A stretch of 64,000 bases of DNA from positions 1 to 64,000 of the forward strand of contig JAWODC010000036.1 of NCBI GenBank assembly GCA_046483495.1, in the 5' to 3' direction. This document shows, piece by piece, positions 1 to 9,512 of this stretch. This stretch comes from Desulfobacterales bacterium (GTDB lineage: Bacteria > Desulfobacterota > Desulfobacteria > Desulfobacterales > UBA5616). The first letter of the stretch is position 1, and every line of letters starts with the position of its first letter. Below the pieces are notes generated by a model that was not told where the DNA came from, made no database searches, and worked only from the letters and a program-made list of their open reading frames with translations. A program made the translations under genes and the position numbers.

Positions 1-402
1 GAGGATTTCCCCTGCACCTTCACCGGGTTCCTCGAAGGCAACGACCTTGCCTCTGTTTTCGCGTCCAGCGATATGTTTGTTTTCCCGAGTACGACAGATA
101 CATTCGGCAATGTCGTACTCGAAGCCCAGGCTTCCGGAATTCCGGTGGTTGTTACCGACAAGGGCGGGCCCTGTGAAAACATTATCCGAAATCAGACCGG
201 ATTTGTCGCCGCCGATAATCACGATGCATTTCGGCGATGCATCCGAATACTGGTAAAGAATGGTAAAAAAAGGCGGAAGATGGGTCTTTCTGCCCGAAAA
301 TACATGGAAAATCGAGCATTTGGAAAGGCCTTTTTAGATACCTGGGAACAGATCGAAAAATCGACAGCCTGGTCACCCGGAATCTCGGCAGGTGTTTCAT
401 AA
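1..402 (+). CDS. GT4-family (GT-B) glycosyltransferase, C-terminal part (5' truncated by window)
   Basis: Frame open from base 1 (EDFPCTFTGFLEGNDLASVFASSDMFVFPS...). Motifs FVFPSTTDTFGNVVLEAQASGIPVV and GGPCENI match the Glycos_transf_1 signature. Confidence 0.9.
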   Translation, partial: EDFPCTFTGFLEGNDLASVFASSDMFVFPSTTDTFGNVVLEAQASGIPVVVTDKGGPCENIIRNQTGFVAADNHDAFRRCIRILVKNGKKRRKMGLSARKYMENRAFGKAFLDTWEQIEKSTAWSPGISAGVS

Positions 403-412
403 TTATTCACAG

Positions 413-1723
413 ATGCATCACATAAATTCATCACATTCGGTTTTTCATCTCGCGTTTAAACATTTCCTTCAAGAAAGAAGCCGGGTTCCGGGCCAGCTCG
501 TCATCCAGATCACGAATCACTGCAACGGCCGATGTCCCCAGTGCGGCATGCGGGTGACCGAAACCTTTAAGAGGACATCGCTTTCGGTAGAGACAATCAA
601 AAAAATCATCGACCATGCCGCAAAAAATCACGTTTCCGCACTATCCTTTACAGGAGGTGAACCCTTTCTGCTCGCCGAAAAAGTCGCAGTGCTGATCCGT
701 TACGCCGGAGAAAAAGACATTCCATTTATCCGCACCGGCACCAATGGATTCATGTTCAGACATCACACGGAACCCGGTTTCGAATCCCGTATACGAAAAA
801 TGGCCCGAGGACTTTCAGAAACGCCCATTCGAAACTTCTGGATCAGCATCGATTCGGCCGTTCCGGAAACGCATGAACGGATGAGGGGGCTTCCGGGGGT
901 GATCGAAGGAATACGCAAAGCCCTGCCGATTTTTCATGAAAACGGCATCTACCCGTCGGCCAACCTCGGAATCAACCGGAATATCGCTGGAGCGTTTCAG
1001 AACCATTTCAAAGATTTGCCGTTCGAAAGCCGGGAGGATTATTTGAAGCGCCTGTACGGCTATTTTTTCAATGGCTTCCATGCATTTTTCGAACACGTCA
1101 TCGATATGGGGTTTACCATCGTCAATGCCTGCTATCCGATGAGCATTGAGTCCGACGCCTCGTCCGGGGCGCTAAAGGCGGTATATACCGCGACATCTTC
1201 GGACCGGGTGGTCAATTTCGCCCCCCAGGAAAAGACTATGGTTTACAAGGCCTTGGCCGCCGTAATTCCTGATTACCGGCAGCGAATCCGAATCTTTTCA
1301 CCTCTCTGTTCACTGCACACCCTCGCCAATCAGCATCTCCGAATCGGGAAGTATACGGCGAACTGCCGCGGCGGCCTCGATTTCTTCTTTATCGATGCAA
1401 AGGACGGCAATACGTATCCCTGCGGCTACCGGGGCGATGAATCTTTCGGCAAATACTGGGAAATGCAGCGGCCGCGCAAAAGCTCCGTTTCCTGCACCTC
1501 ATGCGATTGGGAATGCTTTCGGGATCCTTCAGAACTTTTCTCACCCCTTCTGAATTTGATATCACATCCGCTCCTGTTAATCCGCCGCTTCTTTTCGGAT
1601 CCTGATTTTTACCGCCTATGGCTTTCCGATCTGGCGTATTACCGCAAGTGTGATTTTTTCAACGGCAGAAAACCCTTCAAACATAACGGTAATCAAAACA
1701 GAACGAAATCGGCTTGCGGCTGA
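413..1723 (+). CDS. Radical SAM protein with C-terminal twitch/SPASM-like Cys region
   Basis: CNGRCPQC (CxxxCxxC), FTGGEPFL, ISIDS; C-terminal CRGG...YPCGY...CTSCDWEC. ATG 413 chosen over the start at 392. Confidence 0.88.
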   Translation: MHHINSSHSVFHLAFKHFLQERSRVPGQLVIQITNHCNGRCPQCGMRVTETFKRTSLSVETIKKIIDHAAKNHVSALSFTGGEPFLLAEKVAVLIRYAGEKDIPFIRTGTNGFMFRHHTEPGFESRIRKMARGLSETPIRNFWISIDSAVPETHERMRGLPGVIEGIRKALPIFHENGIYPSANLGINRNIAGAFQNHFKDLPFESREDYLKRLYGYFFNGFHAFFEHVIDMGFTIVNACYPMSIESDASSGALKAVYTATSSDRVVNFAPQEKTMVYKALAAVIPDYRQRIRIFSPLCSLHTLANQHLRIGKYTANCRGGLDFFFIDAKDGNTYPCGYRGDESFGKYWEMQRPRKSSVSCTSCDWECFRDPSELFSPLLNLISHPLLLIRRFFSDPDFYRLWLSDLAYYRKCDFFNGRKPFKHNGNQNRTKSACG

Positions 1724-1774
1724 ACCAAAAATAGAAGCTTTTTTTAACGGGCAGCATAAACGAAAGGAGTTGCC

Positions 1775-2968
1775 TTGTACCCGAACAAAAATTACATAGT
1801 TGACACCAATGTGCTCCTGGAAGACCCGGAATGCTTGTTAAAACTGAGAAACGGAAACGAAAACACCGTATATATTCCATATCATGTTCTTCTGGAGCTA
1901 AACCGGCTGAAAAAGCATTTGCGCTTTGGAAAAATTGTATCACAGGTGATTCAAACCCTTACTCATAACCCGGAAAAGTATCGCATTTTACAATTCAATC
2001 GTATCGCAGATGTCTTTTCCGGTTTGGTGGATAACCATATTCTCGATGAAATCAAGGAAAGCGGCCTGGAAAATCCCATACTCGTCACAAACGATAAGAT
2101 CATGGGGCTTCGAGCAGGGCTTCGAAATATTTCAAATGAAAATTATGAGACATCCGTTCATCACAAAATAGACGCCGATACCTATACCGGTTTCATGCCC
2201 TCGAAAGTCAACTATTCTGTAAATTCATTTTATTGGAACGAATACGGCAAACCGGTTTTTCGCGGCATCGACGGAGACAGGGAAATTGACTACCAACACT
2301 GCGTCTGGAATGTGCGCCCAAGATCCGTGTATCAGAATCTCGCCCTTGATCTGATGTTGAATCCGGATCTGCATCTCATCTCCGTTCAAAGCGCCGCGGG
2401 ATACGGAAAAAGCTTTTTGGCCCTGGCAGCGGCACTTTATATGAGCCTTGAGCTGAAGCAGTACAGCAAGATTTTCGTGGTAAAACCAATGGTCGAAATC
2501 GGTCAGAGGCTTGGATATCTGCCCGGCTGCGTGAATGAAAAAATGAAACCCTACACGCGCTATATGTGCGACCTGCTGTTGAAACTGCATCATTTCAGGC
2601 CCGCCAACCGGATATTCACCAATCCCGACATGAATTCTCCCCAATTCGACATAAGACGTTTCGAAATACTTCCATTAACCTATATCCGCGGCATGAATAT
2701 CGAGAACGCCGTAGTTGTTGTCGACGAAGTTCAGAACATGTCACGAACGGAATGCAGGGCTCTGCTTTCCAGGATGGGGGAAGGGGTTAAAGTGATCTGC
2801 TTGGGGGATATCCATCAGGTCGATCACCCTCATTTAAACCAGGAGAGCAACGGATTAAACTGGATCGTCAAGAAATTCAGGGGAGAAAAAATCTATGCCC
2901 ATATGGTGCTGAAGGGAGAAAGATCAAGAGGGCCGATCACCGATATGGTGATTCGAACCCATTTTTAG
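1775..2968 (+). CDS. PIN + PhoH-family ATPase (PhoH2/YlaK-like)
   Basis: N-terminal PIN motifs IVDTNVLL, DNHIL, LVTND; P-loop AAGYGKS; LGYLPG; YIRG; DEVQN; LGDIHQVD. Confidence 0.9.
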   Translation: MYPNKNYIVDTNVLLEDPECLLKLRNGNENTVYIPYHVLLELNRLKKHLRFGKIVSQVIQTLTHNPEKYRILQFNRIADVFSGLVDNHILDEIKESGLENPILVTNDKIMGLRAGLRNISNENYETSVHHKIDADTYTGFMPSKVNYSVNSFYWNEYGKPVFRGIDGDREIDYQHCVWNVRPRSVYQNLALDLMLNPDLHLISVQSAAGYGKSFLALAAALYMSLELKQYSKIFVVKPMVEIGQRLGYLPGCVNEKMKPYTRYMCDLLLKLHHFRPANRIFTNPDMNSPQFDIRRFEILPLTYIRGMNIENAVVVVDEVQNMSRTECRALLSRMGEGVKVICLGDIHQVDHPHLNQESNGLNWIVKKFRGEKIYAHMVLKGERSRGPITDMVIRTHF

Positions 2969-3010
2969 AACTTGTTACCTTCAAAGGGGATAAAGACGAA
3001 GACAAAACTG

Positions 3011-3152
3011 CAAGCTGTCTCAAAATAATCTTTTGCCCCAATATCTCTATTGGAGCCGAATGTTAAGTCCTCAACATACATGAGTATGCCTGCGGCTTAT
3101 CATGGGGTTCCGCCTTGATCTTGAACCAAAATATTTATTTTGAGACAGCTTG
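3011..3152. repeat. 142-bp inverted-repeat-bounded element (MITE/REP-like), divergent subfamily
   Basis: Perfect 18-bp inverted repeat CAAGCTGTCTCAAAATAA (3011-3028) / TTATTTTGAGACAGCTTG (3135-3152). Core TCCTCAACATAC-ATGA-GTATGCCTGCGG and CGCCTTGA shared with the copies at 28356, 47010 and 61965. Confidence 0.8.
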
Positions 3153-3177
3153 TAATATCATCAAGGGGGTTCCGGTC

Positions 3178-3572
3178 ATGAAAGAAATCCGGTGGGACAA
3201 TACTTTAATCGTCCAGATACCCGAGCTGGATGCCGGGAGGCGGCGATTGATTGACAATTACAACAACATCATCAACGCACACAAACAAAAAAGCTCGATG
3301 AATACGATATGGAGGCTGTTAAATGAAACAGCGGAGTGTGCGCTCAGAACCTTTAAATCAGAAGAAAAATACATGAGGATACATCAACACCCGGACTTCC
3401 TTTTGCATTTCTCCGAGCACACCTCATTTATGCAGAATTTACTACATTCATGAGACGATATCAAACAGAGCAAAATATCGCTATGAAAGAGCCGCTCGAA
3501 GCCATCCGAATATGGATGGATCATCATATGCGGCATTTTGATACAAAACTCAATACCTACCATATCAGCTAA
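3178..3572 (+). pseudogene. Bacteriohemerythrin-like gene split by a one-base frameshift near 3437
   Basis: First frame MKEIRWD...FKSEEKYM...HFSEHTSFMQ. The shifted frame continues FTTFMRRYQ...IRIWMDHHMRHFDTKL (hemerythrin W-x-x-x-H-x-x-x-x-D end) to TAA 3572. Confidence 0.7.
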
Positions 3573-3674
3573 AGCCAGGCAGTTCCTGTTCTTATGTTTA
3601 TCGGACCGGTTCAGTGCCGTTTTGTGTCTTACAATTAAACATGTTTTAAATTATTGGAAAGGAACGCAAGTTTC

Positions 3675-4148
3675 ATGAAATCAGCAGGTCTTTTTTGTCG
3701 TCGATGGATCACTTTAATGATCATTATTTCTATTTCTTGCATGTTGTTCGTGTCCTGTTCGAGTCGGATTTCTCAAAAACCTTATAATCATCAAGAATGC
3801 ATGGACACCATTCCCAAAAATGTGAACGGTTTGAAGCTCATATCCGGGCCACGGACAAAAAAAAGCATTATTCAGGATATGGTTCCGGTTGTCTGCTATG
3901 GACGTGTAATATTCGAAAAACTGAAGAAAAGAGGGGAAACAAACATTTCAGGGCACGCGCTGTTTCGGGTTGTTGTCGAATATACCGGTGAAGTGAATAG
4001 CGTTCATGTTGAAGAAACCACCATCGGCTCTGAAAAGTTTCTTCGTAATCTTTCCGATCTGATCATGGATACGGATTTTATCGGCTGGCGGCGCACCAAC
4101 ACCGATACGGTTTTTTTGTATCCGATGACATTCAACCCAGCGGGATAA
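3675..4148 (+). CDS. Putative lipoprotein with TonB-C/AgmX-PglI-like C-terminal domain
   Basis: Hydrophobic N-terminus ending in lipobox-like FVSC. C-terminal pattern G-x-x-x-F-x-V-V-V-x-x-x-G-x-V...FLYPMTF. Confidence 0.6.
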   Translation: MKSAGLFCRRWITLMIIISISCMLFVSCSSRISQKPYNHQECMDTIPKNVNGLKLISGPRTKKSIIQDMVPVVCYGRVIFEKLKKRGETNISGHALFRVVVEYTGEVNSVHVEETTIGSEKFLRNLSDLIMDTDFIGWRRTNTDTVFLYPMTFNPAG

Positions 4149-4332
4149 AACCTACCTCGATACAAATATCGCGGTGAATAAAACCCGGCTTTAGATTTAC
4201 GAAATCGGTGCAAATGATAAACGGCAAATAAACGTCCATGATCCTTCACCATAAGCCATTAAAAAAAGCATGGTTTGTTGTTCAGCAAATGAGAATTCAA
4301 AAGTTACTTTACGTGTTGAGCTCCTTAAAAAT

Positions 4333-4359
4333 TAAAGGGGAGAATATTTCTCCCCTTTA
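4333..4359 (-). terminator. Probable intrinsic terminator downstream of alkaline phosphatase
   Basis: 12-bp perfect stem TAAAGGGGAGAA / TTCTCCCCTTTA with 3-nt loop, followed by a T-rich tract on the minus strand, about 35 nt after the stop. Confidence 0.75.
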
Positions 4360-4393
4360 TGAAGACACACTTAAAAGTTAAAACGTCGGGCAA

Positions 4394-6082
4394 TTACAGA
4401 AGACGCAGAATCCACAAGGCTTTTTTGGATATGTAGACCTTTCCGGTTGCAGGTGCATATACGGTCAGACCCGGCAGTTTTATCTCACGGCCGTCGTAAT
4501 TCATGTAGTCCTTGTTAATGGGAAGTTCGGCGCCGTTTACATGAACGACCAGATTTCCTGCACCATCATCGACGATCGCATAATCATGGGCCAAGGAATC
4601 CAGGTCCGTATAAAGATGGTTGGTGACAACATCCAAATTCGTGTTCATAGCTTTGGCCGCGATCCGTGCAAGGTCGGTGTTGTCGATGGTGCCAATCGGA
4701 GCGTCGGCCCCGTAAACCCATACGGGAACGGTTTCACCGTTGTGGCCGTGGGTGGTCCATCCGAATACCGTGTGGTTCTTGCTGATCACCCGTGCCAAGG
4801 CATAGCTCAATCCAAGGGAAGGCTCCAAGGCTCTGATTTCAGCAATGTCATCATCCGTGGCATCAATACCCCAGTTATCCAGCAATGTTTCTTTCAGATA
4901 CATATCGTTTGACGGATCTACTGCTTTTGCAATGACGCCATTGGCGGTCATTGTCATGCCCATCAGCGGGTCAACCAGATCCGAAATTTTGGTGTTGGTA
5001 TAGGGTGTTTCTGTATAGTAATGGCCGATTTTCATGCCGCCGGTGTTATGATCCGGGAAGGCCAGAACCAGCGTGTTTCCATCTGTTTCGGCAAAATCAC
5101 AAGCTGCTTTGACTGCATCGTCGAAAGCGATGAAATCTTTGATCATGTAAATGGGATCATTATTGTGACCGGCCCAGTCCACCTGTGAGCCTTCCACCAT
5201 AAGGAAAAAGCCGTCTTCGTCCTGGGAAAGAATATCGATGGCTTTCTCTACCATTTCGGCCAGTGAGGGTTCGTGCCGGGCAAAATGGATGCGGTCCATG
5301 TCCGGCTGCATGTGGCTGTCATCGAAAAGACCCCAGACCGGCCCCTCATTTAAGGCCAGCATATCGTTCCGGTTGTCTACAAACGTGTAACCCCGGTCAA
5401 GCAGAATCTCCAATAAATCTTCACCATCGGTTCGTTTGCCATCCCAGGTGTCGCCGAATGTCGTCACATAGGACTCCCCCTTGGGGATCAGATGCCGGGC
5501 ACCGCCGCCGAATACGACATCGATATTCTCATAAACCATCTGCTCCATGATGTCGTTGTCCCAGCCGCGGTCTTGAATATGGCAGGCAAACGCCGCCGGT
5601 GTGGCATGGGTCACACGGGATGTAACAGCAATACCCGTGGCCATACCTTTCAATTTGGCGGCCTCCAGTATGCTTGCGACCGGTGCATACGGCTCGGCGT
5701 TGGGTTCAAATCCATCGAGATTAGTGTACTCATCCACGCTCGGGCCGACGCCGAGAAACCGGACGGTAGTCTTGTGGCCGGTGGCAAATGCTGTTGCCGC
5801 GGCAGCTGAACCGGTGATTACGGAATTGGCCATGTGAATCTCAACCGCTGCATTGGCCATTTTATCCACCTGCAAATCCTCACCCTTGTACCAGCGGGCA
5901 GCCGTTTGAACCGTTTCATCACAGCCATCGGGAATCATGACGATAACATTTTTAAATCCGTGTGATCGAGCTCGATCCAAAAAATGCTTGTAACCATGAT
6001 CCGCCCAACAGCTGCTTGCCAGCATCGTAGTGATGCATGCCGCCGCAGCGGCTGCTTTCGTAACATTCTTCAACATTTTCAT
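4394..6082 (-). CDS. phoA: Alkaline phosphatase (PhoA family), secreted
   Basis: Signal peptide; VIVMIPDG, TGSAAAATAFATG (catalytic Ser), THATPAAF, FFLMVEGSQVDWAGHNND, PDHNTGG, GHNGETVP. Confidence 0.92.
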   Translation of the reverse strand: MKMLKNVTKAAAAAACITTMLASSCWADHGYKHFLDRARSHGFKNVIVMIPDGCDETVQTAARWYKGEDLQVDKMANAAVEIHMANSVITGSAAAATAFATGHKTTVRFLGVGPSVDEYTNLDGFEPNAEPYAPVASILEAAKLKGMATGIAVTSRVTHATPAAFACHIQDRGWDNDIMEQMVYENIDVVFGGGARHLIPKGESYVTTFGDTWDGKRTDGEDLLEILLDRGYTFVDNRNDMLALNEGPVWGLFDDSHMQPDMDRIHFARHEPSLAEMVEKAIDILSQDEDGFFLMVEGSQVDWAGHNNDPIYMIKDFIAFDDAVKAACDFAETDGNTLVLAFPDHNTGGMKIGHYYTETPYTNTKISDLVDPLMGMTMTANGVIAKAVDPSNDMYLKETLLDNWGIDATDDDIAEIRALEPSLGLSYALARVISKNHTVFGWTTHGHNGETVPVWVYGADAPIGTIDNTDLARIAAKAMNTNLDVVTNHLYTDLDSLAHDYAIVDDGAGNLVVHVNGAELPINKDYMNYDGREIKLPGLTVYAPATGKVYISKKALWILRLL

Positions 6083-6660
6083 TCTGATTTTCCTCCCTGT
6101 TAAGTTGGTTAGGTCAATGTTTCGTCATTAAAACTGCGCCTGATCAATGAATCATCACCTCCTTTGCGTCCTGAATCGGGTTCTTAGATGGAGAAAACGC
6201 CTCATTTCAATGCCGTCAGCATATCGCCGACAGTATAATCCTCGGTTATGGTGATCCGAGGTGACCCGAAAGGAATTAAGCCTCCTTAAAATACTTTTTT
6301 TAGAGCCATTCCCATCGACAGTCCGCGTAGTAGAGCACTAGGATAGTTAAAGCCCGGGATCGGATAACCCTGCCCGGATTCGGCGGTCGTGTATAGAATA
6401 GAACGCCATTATTAAGCATCTATGAGCCCAAAATTAAAAATGTATGACGAATCAAAAAATATGCGCCGGGGTATGTACCTCTGATGACGACAGATAAGGC
6501 GGTTGGGACAAATGCACCGGTTTGCGGGATAGAAGCTTGCCTTCGACCGGCTGCCGCATACCGCCTTATCCAGTGCCGACTTGTTTAACAGGATTTTATG
6601 AAGAGAGTATTTCGGAAGGGTTATCTTTTGAAATGCCCCTAATTCCCCTCTGCTTAGGCA

Positions 6661-6719
6661 GACCCATTCAGAAATGGAGTCAATTCGTATCCACGAATCA
6701 GCCATTTCCTGATGAACAC
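6661..6719. repeat. Short degenerate derivative of the repeat family (two terminal arms head to head)
   Basis: GACCCATTCAGAAATGG...CGAATCAGCCATTTCCTGATGAACAC resembles the terminus GAATCAGCCATTTCTGAATGGACTC of the 61965-62108 copy and its reverse complement. Confidence 0.45.
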
Positions 6720-6844
6720 GGGTGGATTTCTGTTGATCTTTCAGCGAAACTCAATTACCCATTCCCTATCGTACCCTGAATTTCGCCATAAAACAGCACT
6801 TGCCGTTCCGATTCTTTTTCCCAATATTCTGAGGAGATGTCATC

Positions 6845-7801
6845 ATGAAAAAAGCCGTCATCATCTTACTTGCCTTACTATTGCTTGCACCCGTTGCGGT
6901 TTATTTCTTTTTTCCGGGAGTCCTCTATTCCCTTTCCATGACCAAGGCCCGAAATGACGCGGCCCTCGAGAAAAAGTCGATCACCATCAATGACCATGAA
7001 ATTGTTTACCTGGAAGGGGGAACGGGCGATACCATTCTTTTGGTCCATGGGTTTACCGCCGACAAAGACAACTGGACGCGCATGGCCAAACTGCTGACAC
7101 CGGATTATCATGTGGTGGCATTGGATCTGCCGGGCTTCGGCGAAAGCACCAAAATACAGGAGCGCTCTTACACTATCGCCTCTCAGGTGCTTCGACTCAA
7201 TCAGTTCGTATCGGCGCTTCAGCTTTCCCGTTTTCACATTGCCGGAAATTCCATGGGAGGAGCCGTTTCAGGTCGCTACACCGCCCATTTCCCGGAAAAA
7301 GTCGTTACGCTGGGCCTGTTTAACACGGGCGGCGTTTCGTCCTGTGAAAAAAGCGAATTGAGAAAACGAATCGAAAACGGAGAAAACCCCCTTCTCATCG
7401 AGACGCCGGAACAGTATGACAGCATGCTTGAATTCGTTTTTGTTCGACCGCCGGCCATTCCCGGACCGGTAAAAAAATATTTGATCAAAAACGCCATGGC
7501 CGCAAAAGACTTCAATGAAAAGATTATGGGAGACCTTGCCGGGGAAAACTACAGCCTGGAAGGGGACTTGGCCGACATAAAGGCGCATACGCTGATTCTT
7601 TGGGGGGATAAGGACCGCCTGATCGATGTGTCCTGCGTGAAGCCGCTCCAAAACGGCATTTCAAATGCCGCAACGATCATTATGGAAGACTGCGGCCACT
7701 TGCCGATGCTGGAAAGGCCGGAGGAGACGGCCCGACATTATCGATCATTTCTGAAGGCGGCCGGCGGCCCACTGGACATGGCTTTCGAAATCCGGAAATA
7801 A
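6845..7801 (+). CDS. Alpha/beta-hydrolase (lipase/esterase), N-terminal membrane anchor or signal
   Basis: LLVHGF, DLPGFGES, GNSMGG nucleophile elbow, WGDKD, CGHLPM; SD GAGGAG. Confidence 0.9.
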   Translation: MKKAVIILLALLLLAPVAVYFFFPGVLYSLSMTKARNDAALEKKSITINDHEIVYLEGGTGDTILLVHGFTADKDNWTRMAKLLTPDYHVVALDLPGFGESTKIQERSYTIASQVLRLNQFVSALQLSRFHIAGNSMGGAVSGRYTAHFPEKVVTLGLFNTGGVSSCEKSELRKRIENGENPLLIETPEQYDSMLEFVFVRPPAIPGPVKKYLIKNAMAAKDFNEKIMGDLAGENYSLEGDLADIKAHTLILWGDKDRLIDVSCVKPLQNGISNAATIIMEDCGHLPMLERPEETARHYRSFLKAAGGPLDMAFEIRK

Positions 7802-8136
7802 TTTAAGCTGCTTCCAATCCCGATAATCGGGGCATGTTTTCACTTTTCTGCACTTTTCGCATACCGCGGTATCGATTTGCCTGACGTGGTGTTTTTTGAA
7901 GTGGGTGCAGTATATCGTTGCCATATCTTCCTATGAATGTTGGTTTAAAACCGTGAAAGACGTCGCGGATCATACCACAACCGAATTTAAATTCAATGCC
8001 GATCCATCCGTCCCTGAAAACAATGCTTTATCCCGAAGCCGATATCCGTTTGATTTTCGGATGCCGCTCTGTTAGGGATGTGCGGGTCAATTCGACAAAT
8101 TAAGAAATGATATTGAGGATTACAAAGGTTTCGTGA

Positions 8137-9510
8137 ATGGAAAAAAATACGACCTCCCGAAGATCGGCATTGATCGTTGCGGCTGCATCTTCTTTTGTCA
8201 CACCCTTTATGGGATCTTCGATCAACGTTGCACTCCCCTCTATCGAAAAGGCCTTTCAAATCGATGCGGTGCTGCTCAGCTGGGTGGCCACCGCCTATCT
8301 TTTGGCCATCGGCGTTTCCTTAGTCCCCATGGGCCGGTTAGCGGACATTTACGGCAGGAAAAAAATCCTGGCGATCGGCTTTGCCTGCTTTACGACTGCT
8401 TCTTTGCTTTCGGCTTTGGCCTGGTCCGCGTATTCCCTGATCGCCTTCAGGATCATTCAGGGGTTCGGCAGCGGTATGATATTCGGCACGAGCATGGCCA
8501 TTCTCACCTCGGTCTTTCCACCGAACGAGCGGGGCAGGGTGTTGGGCATATCAGTGGCATCGGTCTATGTGGGACTTTCCAGCGGGCCGTTTGTCGGCGG
8601 GATATTGACCCAGCATCTTTCCTGGCGCAGTTTATTTGTGGTCACGTTTTTATTGTGCCTGATCGTCCTCAGGCTGATTCTTTTCAAACTCGAAGGGGAA
8701 TGGGCCGACGCCGGGGGGGAACCCTTCGATATTCCGGGAAGCCTGATTTACGGATTGACATTGGTTTTTCTGATCACCGGTTTTTCGCTCCTGCCGGACA
8801 TGAAAAGCATCGTGCTGTTAGCCCTTGCCGGGGTGGGTATGGTGCTGTTTGTCGTTCAGGAAAACCGCACCCGGTTTCCGGTATTTAAAATCGAACTGCT
8901 CTCGAAAAACAGGACGTTTGCCCTGTCAAACGCCGCCGCCCTGATCCATTACAGCGCAACATTTGCCGTAACCTTTTTGATCAGCCTCTATTTGCAGTAT
9001 TTGAAAGGACTGAACGCCCAGTCGGCGGGCTTTATCCTGATATCCCAACCCGTGATGATGGCTCTTTTTTCGCCGCTGGCCGGAAGAATCTCAGATTATA
9101 TGGAACCCCGGTTCATCGCCTCTTTCGGAATGGGAACGACCTCCATCGGCCTCATACTGCTCACCTTTTTGACGCAGCACTCGCCGATCGTCTTCGTCGT
9201 CGGTGTGCTGCTGCTGATGGGATTCGGTTTTGCCATGTTTTCCTCACCCAATATGAACGCCATCATGAGTTCGGTGGACCGGCGGTTTTTGGGCATCGCC
9301 TCCGGATCTGCCGGAACCATGCGCGTTTTAGGACAGCTGTTCAGCATGGGCATGGCCACCCTGGTGCTGGCGCTCTTCATGGGGCGGGTTCCCATAACGG
9401 AAGATGTTTATCCGCTTTTGATGAAAAGCATCCGCACGGTTCTCATCCTGTTTTCGGGCCTGACCTTCTTCGGCATATTTGCATCACTTGCACGGGGGAG
9501 CATTCGGTAG
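8137..9510 (+). CDS. MFS transporter, DHA2 (14-TM) type
   Basis: MGRLADIYGRKK motif A, RIIQGFG, ERGRVLG, GPFVGG, many TM segments. Confidence 0.92.
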   Translation: MEKNTTSRRSALIVAAASSFVTPFMGSSINVALPSIEKAFQIDAVLLSWVATAYLLAIGVSLVPMGRLADIYGRKKILAIGFACFTTASLLSALAWSAYSLIAFRIIQGFGSGMIFGTSMAILTSVFPPNERGRVLGISVASVYVGLSSGPFVGGILTQHLSWRSLFVVTFLLCLIVLRLILFKLEGEWADAGGEPFDIPGSLIYGLTLVFLITGFSLLPDMKSIVLLALAGVGMVLFVVQENRTRFPVFKIELLSKNRTFALSNAAALIHYSATFAVTFLISLYLQYLKGLNAQSAGFILISQPVMMALFSPLAGRISDYMEPRFIASFGMGTTSIGLILLTFLTQHSPIVFVVGVLLLMGFGFAMFSSPNMNAIMSSVDRRFLGIASGSAGTMRVLGQLFSMGMATLVLALFMGRVPITEDVYPLLMKSIRTVLILFSGLTFFGIFASLARGSIR

Positions 9511-9512
9511 TT

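Noticed and set aside
3451..3453. TGA read-through (selenocysteine) in the hemerythrin-like ORF and other TGA-ending genes
   Set aside because: In-frame sequence after the TGA is not homologous; the hemerythrin similarity continues in a different frame.
6230..6300. Pho box upstream of phoA
   Set aside because: Only loose GTCAC/ATCAC repeats, without consistent 11-bp periodicity.
6412..6779. ORFs 6412-6705(-) and 6522-6779(+)
   Set aside because: No SD or motifs, atypical composition, and they overlap a degenerate repeat fragment.
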